Notes under the pieces: model-generated | What the model was told of the DNA's origin: nothing | The model's input: only the letters and a program-made list of their open reading frames with translations | Databases searched by the model: none | Program-made: the position numbers and the translations under genes | In this document: positions 55,740 to 64,000 of the stretch, in pieces | Position numbering within the stretch: the first letter of the stretch is position 1 | Layout of the letters: each line of letters starts with the position of its first letter | Assembly: GCA_964016885.1 (NCBI GenBank) | Contig: OZ024755.1 | Coordinates: forward strand, 12,214,001 to 12,278,000 | Source of the DNA: Eledone cirrhosa | Lineage: Eukaryota | Direction of reading: 5' to 3' | DNA length: 64,000 nt

Positions 55740-56850
55740 ATTTTACAGAAAGCATTAGGTGCATTTGATCGTGATACCACTGCTTTTTACATAGTGTACT
55801 GTGTGCATTTGATCATAGCACCAATCTAACGTTTTACAATGCTTACTTCATGCATTTAATCATAACACCAGCACTAATATTTACAGAGTATACTTGGTGC
55901 ATTTAATCATAACACCAGCACTAATATTTACAGAGTATACTTGATGCATTTGATCATGGCACCAGCACTAACATTTTACAGAGTATACTTGATGTATTTG
56001 ATCATGGCACCAGCACTAACATTTTACAGAGTATACTTGATGCATTTGATCATGGCACCAGCACTAACATTTTACAGAGTATACTTGATGTATTTGATCA
56101 TGGCACCAGCACTAACATTTTACAGAGTATACTTGGTGCATTTGATTATGGCACCAGCACTAACATTTTACAGAGTATACTTGATGCATTTGATTATGGC
56201 ACCAGCACTAACCTTTTACAGAGTATACTTGATGCATTTGATCATGGCACCAGCACTAACATTTTACAAAGTATACTTGATGCATTTGATTATGGCACCA
56301 GCACTAACATTTTACAGAGTATACTTGATGCATTTGATCATGGCACCAGCACTAACATTTTACAAAGTATACTTGATGCATTTGATTATGGCACCAGCAC
56401 TAACATTTTACAAAGTATACTTGATGCATTTGATCATGGCACCAGCACTAACATTTTACAAAGTATACTTGATGCATTTGATTATGGCACCAGCACTAAC
56501 ATTTTACAAAGTATACTTGATGCATTTGATTATGGCACCAGCACTAACATTTTACAAAGTATACTTGATGCATTTGATTATGGCACCAGCACTAACATTT
56601 TACAGAGTATACTTGGTGCATTTGATTATGGCACCAGCACTAACCTTTTACAGAGTATACTTGATGCATTTGATTATGGCACCAGCACTAACCTTTTACA
56701 GAGTATACTTGATGCATTTGATTATGGCACCAGCACTAACCTTTTACAGAGTATACTTGATGTATTTGATTATGGCACCAGTACTAACATTATACAGAGT
56801 ATACTTGGTGTATTTGATTATGACACCAGCACTAACATTATACAGAGTCT
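55740..56850. repeat. 48-bp minisatellite, about 22 copies, SINE-derived
   Basis: Unit TTGATGCATTTGATCATGGCACCAGCACTAACATTTTACAGAGTATAC. Confidence 0.97.
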
Positions 56851-56951
56851 ACTGTGTGATTGGGGTATGCCAATAAAAAATAAAGGTACCCACTGCTGGA
56901 AGAAATTCTCTCCTACCTACTAATTTATTTAATTTATGTTTTTTTGTGTAG

Positions 56952-57085
56952 ATATTCCGCTGTGAGGAAGAGGGATGTCGTTATACTTGTATCCGTCGTA
57001 TGAGTCTGATTCAGCACAAGTCCAAACATGTCAAGGAAAAGCAATATTCCTGTGAGTACTGTGGAAAAAGGATGAAAACAGCAGT
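56952..57085 (+). CDS. C2H2 ZNF coding exon 2 (IFRCEEEGCRYTCIRRMSLIQHKSKHVKEKQYSCEYCGKRMKTA-V)
   Basis: T-rich acceptor tgtgtAG ends at 56951. Phase-0 start matches the previous exon. One full finger plus half a finger. Donor GT|GTAAGT at 57085/57086 (phase 2). Missed by the ORF track. Confidence 0.92.
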
Positions 57086-59034
57086 GTAAGTATTAATATA
57101 GCAGTAAGAGTTTTTCTTCTTTTGATACCAACCTGTTAGAAACTACCCCTGGTTCTTACATATCTATTAATATTCTTTTACTGGTTTCAATAGTTTGACC
57201 TCAACCATACCGAGTCACATTTCTTTAACAAGACTGAGTTGGTCACATGGAGACCCAGTGCTTATTTTTTCTTGACTGGTACATATTTTAGTGATCTTTT
57301 TTCCTCAAACTGCTACGTTAAGGAACATAAACAAACACACATGCACGCACGCACGCACACATACACACACAACCACAACATCTGATTCCTCATATACCCA
57401 GATTTTTTCTCAGCTCTTCCATGTTTTGTTGTTCAATATGATTATCTAGTTCTTGGGATCAAATATAATTGTTTGATTTATATAATTTTATCATCTTTAG
57501 TTATTTCTATCTATTTCTTGTGCCTAATAGATATTAACCCTTTTGTTACCATATGTTTTATGGAATACATTGTATTTCAAATAATTAAACCTTTTGTTAC
57601 AATATTTCTAAAGAAAGACACTCTTTTGCGTGTACCAGCTGATTGGCTGAAGCCATGCTGCCTATCATTTTCAAATCAATTTGAAAATAATCAAGAATTT
57701 GGAAAATTTAGTAATATAACTAACTTCCTCGTTATTAAGCTAGTACTAGGTGGTGGATTGAGAGTCATTGAACAGAATACTTCGCAGTATTTAGTTAGGA
57801 CATTTATGTTCTGAGTTCAAATCCTGATGAGGTCAACTTTGTCAATCATCTGTCTAGAATTGATAAAATAAACTACCAGTTAAATACTGAGCTCAATATA
57901 ATTGACTTTCTCCTTGCCCCAAATTGCTGGTTTTGTGCCAATGTTAAAAATAATTATTAAGTTGGTGTTTGGAATATTACAAAGGTTTTTATATAACATT
58001 ATGAGGGAAGGTTTACAGATAAATATAAACACTCTAAATTATACAGTAGTATCATGGGCAGTTTCATGTCTTTTAGTATCAAGAGTTAATTCATCTAATT
58101 TTCTGAGGATTTTCTTAATTAACTCTTTACATCCTGATTTAACAAAAAATATCTAAAAACAGCTTTGTTAATTCAAAGATTTATAATGTCTGGTGGAAAA
58201 GTCTTGTGAAAATTTGTAACATTAGAGTAAAGACTTCTATTGTTCATGTGATGCCGTCATAGGACTGTTTTGTACTTTTCAATAATGTCTTGCTAATGTG
58301 GCATCATGTGATACAGGATTTGAACAGTTAATTTCTCAAAAGCAATTTATTTCTATATATTGATGTAATTAAATTGCTATATATTATTTTTACAAATAAT
58401 CTAAATTGTAATTCCATTTTAACTTGTAACTACTTTGGGAATGATAATACTATTTGTAGTTCTTTTATTCTTTTGATGGCTGGTTTCAATTATTAGGCTG
58501 TAGCAATGCTGGGGGCACTGATTTGACAAACAGTAAACATAAACACTCACACACACACACATACAAACACGTGTATATATATGTATTTATGTGTATAAAT
58601 AAATGAATATATGTATATATGTATGTATGTGTGTGTAAGTATATGTTGGTATATAATGGGTTTTTACATGGGTTCTGCCTACTAAATTCCACTCACAAGG
58701 CATTGGTCAACTATAAGCTATAGCAGAAGATGCCACATGGTGGGATTGATCACCAAAATCTGGGTGGTTGTGTGAACTCCTTAACCACACAGCCACACCA
58801 GCATCTATTTAATTTGTTTAAATATTGAAACAAAACATTAATAATGACCTTATATTATTTCTTATATTGTATTTACTATTGTTAAATAATCTTAGATGTA
58901 TAAGCCTTTGATTGGATTCTAATCAAAGCAATAGAATTTCGTAAATATTTCAAAATCATCTAATTTCATTTTACTTAGTTATCATTTTTCATTTTTTTCT
59001 TATATTATTATCCAATATATATATATATGTATGC

Positions 59035-59086
<52 letters not shown>

Positions 59087-59816
59087 GCATATATATATAT
59101 ATATATATTATATACATGCATATATGTACATACATATAAATACATATATATATATAAACATACAAACACACTTAGACTCGTAAATATATAACTTTAATTA
59201 TATTAGCTTTTTCACTCAAAAAATGTTTCCTTTCTTAGTACTATTTCAAGCATCTCATTATCTAAATAAATTTGTATTACTTTATTTTACAAATATGAAC
59301 TGCATTAAAAGAGTTAATTAGAAATGTTTCTAAAAGTTGATTGAATAATTTTTAATTATTATCCATATTAATTAAATTGGTATTGTGTGTGACAAACATT
59401 TCTATTATAAATTGATAAAATACTCGAAAGTAGAATTTTTTTTCCTCAATTTTAAAATATATTTACTTTCTAAAAAGCTGCCACAATGCAAGATAAATCC
59501 TCCTGAAGATGGCGCTGTATACTTTGGGGGGGGGGGGGGTCATCTTTTGGGGTATTTTACCTGCCAGGATTAGCAGTTTCAGTAGAGCATCAACCACCTT
59601 GCTTTGTGGTGTAGAGTTACTTCCTTTTATGTTCTGAATTCAAATGGCCCCAGTAGAGAAAAACTGAAAAAGAAAGTGTTACTTCTCTAAATTCTTCATG
59701 AATTTATTGAAATACAGGTTGTCATTAGAAATATAGTAATTAATGTGTAAATTTTCTAATTTCTTCAATGCTTTGAAAAACAAACCAATGTTTTTTGTTT
59801 CTTAATCTCTTTGTAG

Positions 59817-60007
59817 AACCTTACGGAAGCACGTCAGTAAAATTCACTTGAATATCCGTCCGTATTTGTGTCAAATGTGCGCTCAAGCATTTGGTGAGGA
59901 TAGTGAGCTCCAATCTCATATCAAACAAAGGCATACTTCTCATGATGAAAAAGATTTCTTTTGTCAGTTTTGTCCTTACGCTACTTCCAATAAGTACTCA
60001 TATCAGA
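59817..60007 (+). CDS. C2H2 ZNF coding exon 3 (TLRKHVSKIH...CQMC...HIKQRH...CQFCPYATSNKYSYQ)
   Basis: Acceptor ctttgtAG ends at 59816. Completes the split finger CEYCGKRMKTAVTLRKHVSKIH. Donor A|GTAAGT at 60007/60008 (phase 1). Confidence 0.93.
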
Positions 60008-62779
60008 GTAAGTATCTTTCTCCACAACTATTTTCACTAATACCATATTTCTTATTATTATTCATTCAGTCTTGATTTCAAATCCCACCAAGGTTAGCTT
60101 TGCCTTTCATCCTTACGAGGTCGATAAAATAAAGTCTTCTTATTAATCATCCAGTCTTGATTTCAAATCCCACCAAGGTTAGCTTTGCCTTTCATCCTTA
60201 TGGGGTTGATAAAAATAGTTCCAGGGGTCGAATTAATCAACTTTCCAGTCCAAAAGCTGTGTGGATTTGAGGAATGGTTAAATACTTAGATGGAAAGCTT
60301 TGCCATATCTGATCTGGCTCTGTGGGCAGTGAGTTAAAATCCCATCTCCAACTACCAGGAATTGATTGCAACAGGCAGATGATATCAGCAATGAAAAAAC
60401 CAATAGAAACCTTGTTTTCTTGGAGTGATCTAACAATCAGCCCCTTTCCTATTTCTTTTCCAGTGTAACCTACTAAAGTAAGAAATTATCTAATTTAATT
60501 ATAAATATTAATTGACATTATATTTAGCTGAGTAGTTGAATATGCACAGCTTAATATTGAAATTACAATATTTGGTTACTAAGTGTAATAGCATTATTTA
60601 ATTTAGGAAGGGTCATGCTGTCAATCAAAATATACACATTGGTTTAGGTTTACTTCAGTTTAATTATTAATCAGGTAATTAATCCATCAATCAGTAGATT
60701 AATGCACTAATTAATTAATTGCCAAAGTTCTTTCATCACAGCCTATGACCTTATCAATAACTATTACTCTCTATGTCTCCTCTTCATCTATATTTACTTC
60801 ATCTTTTTCTTTTCACTTCCTCATTCAGGATCTTTTTGATTTCTTTATACATTTCTGTATCTATTACAACACTAATTCAGTTTGGCTCCAATCTAACTCC
60901 TTTCCCAAACTTTTTAAGAATGGTAACCCATTCTCTACCTTTTTTTAATCATTTTATAATCCCTTGTACCTTAATATAGTCTATATTCACTTAAATCTTA
61001 ATTCCAGGCATCAATATTTCTAATTTATTTTTGAGGATCTTGATAACTCTTGAGCTATGCACATTTCATGTTTTCATTTCCATTGAAATATGATACCTAA
61101 GTATTTAGAAAGCTATTTAATATGTAACTGGTTATTTTTCTTGTAGCACCTAAGTCTTCAACCAGATAAGAAATATTAAAATAGTGATATATGCAAACCT
61201 TTGATCAGCTAAGAATTTTTCAACTAATGACATATGTATGTCTTTGATCAGCTCAGAATTCTTCCTCATCATTGTTGACATTGTCATCATTTTTTACATT
61301 TTAACACACATTATTTGATGATGTCTAACCCATGCTAGCGTGGAAGATAGAAGTTAAACAATGATGATGATTATTATTTCATGAGTCTGTTATTCAATGT
61401 ATTTTCTTTTATCTTGTCTTAATGTTTCTAGATTTTATTTAACTTTTGACATCCTGTACTGCGTTAAACTGCATTTGAAGCTGTATTACATTAAAATTTA
61501 AAATCTTTTCTTAGTTTACTGCAAATTTTCACAGAAATCTGTCTTCTAGTAAAGATGCTATAATTTGAATTAACAAACCTGTTTTTAGATATTTTCTGTT
61601 AAATCATTGTAGGATGTCAAGAATTAATAATATTTTTTTCAAGTTTTTTTTCGGCTCTACCTATAACAGTTTCATTGTTATACAGTTTCATATAAACTAT
61701 TAGCTGGTCTTTAAACTTCTTCCATCCCTAAAATGCTATCAACTTTGCCAGCAATAGTTCTACCAACAGGGCTGGTTAAATCTTTTATGTATTACATTTA
61801 ATGTAAAGGTGCATGGCCTAACAGTTAGGGTGTTGGACTCATAATCATAAGAACATGAGTTCAATTCCTAGATAGAATAGCATTTTCTGTTACATTCTAT
61901 CAATAGAACAGCACTTTTACTTATTTCTTATATCATCTTTATAAGTATAGTTGCCTTTTCCATACACAAGAATTAATGACTCTGTTCTTAAACATCATTA
62001 GCATCATTATCCTTGGTTTTAGATCCATTTTTCTCCATACTTGCATGGGTTGGATGAGTCCTCTGCAATACAGCATTTCTCTATTTGTTTCTTTCCTTAG
62101 TTATCTCCTTTGTGATGTTCCCTTTCTTGGGATTAGTCCTCACCACCGCTGTTGATGTCTTCTTAGTCTTCCTCTTCCAAAACTTCCTTTCACTTGGAAC
62201 AATGGATATTTCTGAAGTTTTCATTCTGAAATTAAATAAGATGATTTGCAGTTACTAATCAAGCTTCATTGCCATACAGTTTCATAAAAACCATTAGCAG
62301 TTCTTTAAACTTATTCCATCCCTAAAATACTATCAACTTTGCTAACAAGAGTTCTACCAACAGTGCTAGTTAAATCTTTTAAGATTTTCCATCTAATGTA
62401 AAGGTGCATGGCCTAATAGTTAAGGTGTTGGGCTCGTAATCATAAGAACATGAGTTTAATTCCTAGATAGAGTTGTATTTTCTGTCCTTGAGCAAGACAT
62501 TTTATATCATATTGTTCCAGTCTCCTCAGCTGGAAAAAAATTAATAACCCTCTGATGGACAGGTCTCTATTTAACAGAGAGTTATTTGCTTGTGAAGACA
62601 CTGGTGCCAAGTTGTATTGGCCTTTGCCTTTACATTTGACATATGTAAAGTGATAGCACTGATGCCCTAAAGAAATGTACTTGGTCTGTACTGTAAGGTG
62701 GTAGTGCTGGCGCCACAACAAAAGCATCCAGTCCATGCTTTAAGATGGTAGAGCTGCATATGTGTTAAAATGTCCCTAG

Positions 62780-63020
62780 ATATGCTGTAATGTGGTTGGT
62801 GTTAGGAAAGGCATTCAGTTATAGAAACCATACTTGCTGTACATGCTATAAATTAATTGATGTTAGGAGGGGCATTTTGCTGTATAAACTATATTCCTAG
62901 TACATGCTGTAAAGTGGTTGGTGTTAGGAAGGGCATCCAGCAGTAAAATCATGCTCTCTGTAAATACTGTAGTGTGATTGGTGTTAGGAAGGGCAACCAA
63001 CTGTTGAAATCAAGCCAAAA
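62780..63020. repeat. Tandem amplification of another SINE-tail segment, about 4 copies of about 60 bp
   Basis: Recurrent GCTGTAAAGTGGTTGGTGTTAGGAAGGGCATCCAG. Confidence 0.75.
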
Positions 63021-63817
63021 CTGGACTATGTGGGCAAGTTATGGTCACTTGACTAATCTTGCCTCAAAATGTGACAACTCCCCTAATCCATTCAAGCATG
63101 GAAAAATAGGTATACAATGGTGATGATGATCATTGATTGCCTGTAGTGGGGAAACTGGCATGCATGGCTGACTGCTAGTCTTCCACAAAACATCTTGCTC
63201 AGATTTATGACTTGGAGAGGAACTTTCCAGATGTAAACCCACAGTCAATCATAACTGAAGGGAGCCTTTTATTACTTTAAACAAGTAAAGTGAGTCACAT
63301 GAGACCAAAGAATCACCCTTTAAAGACTTGATCTTAATTACTTTCATCTATCTAATGTCTTCTCAAAATGACATTTCATTTTTAAATATATATCACATTT
63401 ATTTTTCAGAAGGTGTATTTGCTTAACTTTCATTTCTAAATTAAATTAGAATATCGTTAATTAAAAGCAATTTATAAAATTCAAATCTAGGAGTAATGAT
63501 AATTATGCATTTGAAATAATTCATGAATAATTTACTCGAATAATTATTCAATAAGTAATAAAGTTCATTTTATTTCCTGTCAATGTATTTGAATTTGAAT
63601 GACAAACGTGATTTCCTTTCTGAATTAGATTAAAAGTTTTAAATATTATGTGCTAAAATACTATACTTTGCTTTATATTTTAATATGAATATATAAAAAG
63701 AAATCAATACCAAGTTGTATTGTTATATTTTTAAAAATATTTTTTAATCTTCTGTTTATTTATTTTTTATTTTCTTGATTCAATTTACTTATTTGTTTCT
63801 AAACAATATAATTTCAG

Positions 63818-64000
63818 CACACATGTACAGAGTGCATAAAACACGAGCCCCTGGGGATAATCGAGAGGAGTTCAAGTGTCCACATTGTGATTTTGTGACT
63901 ATTTTTGGGCATCGTTACCGCATCCACATGAATAGTCACAATAACATTCGCCAGTATGTTTGTGAATTTTGCAGCAAGGCATTTGTTTCGTCAAATAGCC
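63818..64000 (+). CDS. C2H2 ZNF coding exon 4, runs off the window (THMYRVH...CPHC...HMNSH...CEFCSKAFVSSNS)
   Basis: Acceptor atttcAG ends at 63817. Phase 1 completes the finger CQFCPYATSNKYSYQTHMYRVH. Frame stays open to the window end. Confidence 0.92.

Noticed and set aside
55941-56876. 311-aa repeat protein (MHLIMAPALTFYRVYL)n
   Set aside because: Intronic SINE-derived 48-bp minisatellite. The open frame follows from the unit length.

Overview
AT-rich eukaryotic genomic DNA dense in microsatellites and SINEs. The repeat repertoire looks like an octopod cephalopod (inferred from memory of these families, not from a database hit). One host gene is well supported: a + strand multi-exon C2H2 zinc-finger transcription factor with coding exons 32613-34421, 56952-57085, 59817-60007 and 63818->64000. 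All its introns are GT-AG with compatible phases, giving 11 complete fingers plus one cut by the window end, and N-terminal PLNLS and eh1-like motifs. The rest is repeats: (TA)n/(CA)n/(TGTA)n tracts, minisatellites, at least three tRNA-derived SINE families, LINE relics (RTE, L1/Tx1-like, R4/Dong-like), a non-autonomous Helitron and mariner/Tc1-, hAT- and piggyBac-type MITEs. Almost all long ORFs in the supplied track are microsatellite artefacts. The most interesting signal is RNA-structural: an intact minimal type I hammerhead ribozyme on the - strand (14110-14179), plus several long fold-back palindromes sitting in (TA)n tracts whose symmetry axes fall in or beside hammerhead core motifs, probably Penelope-like element remnants.
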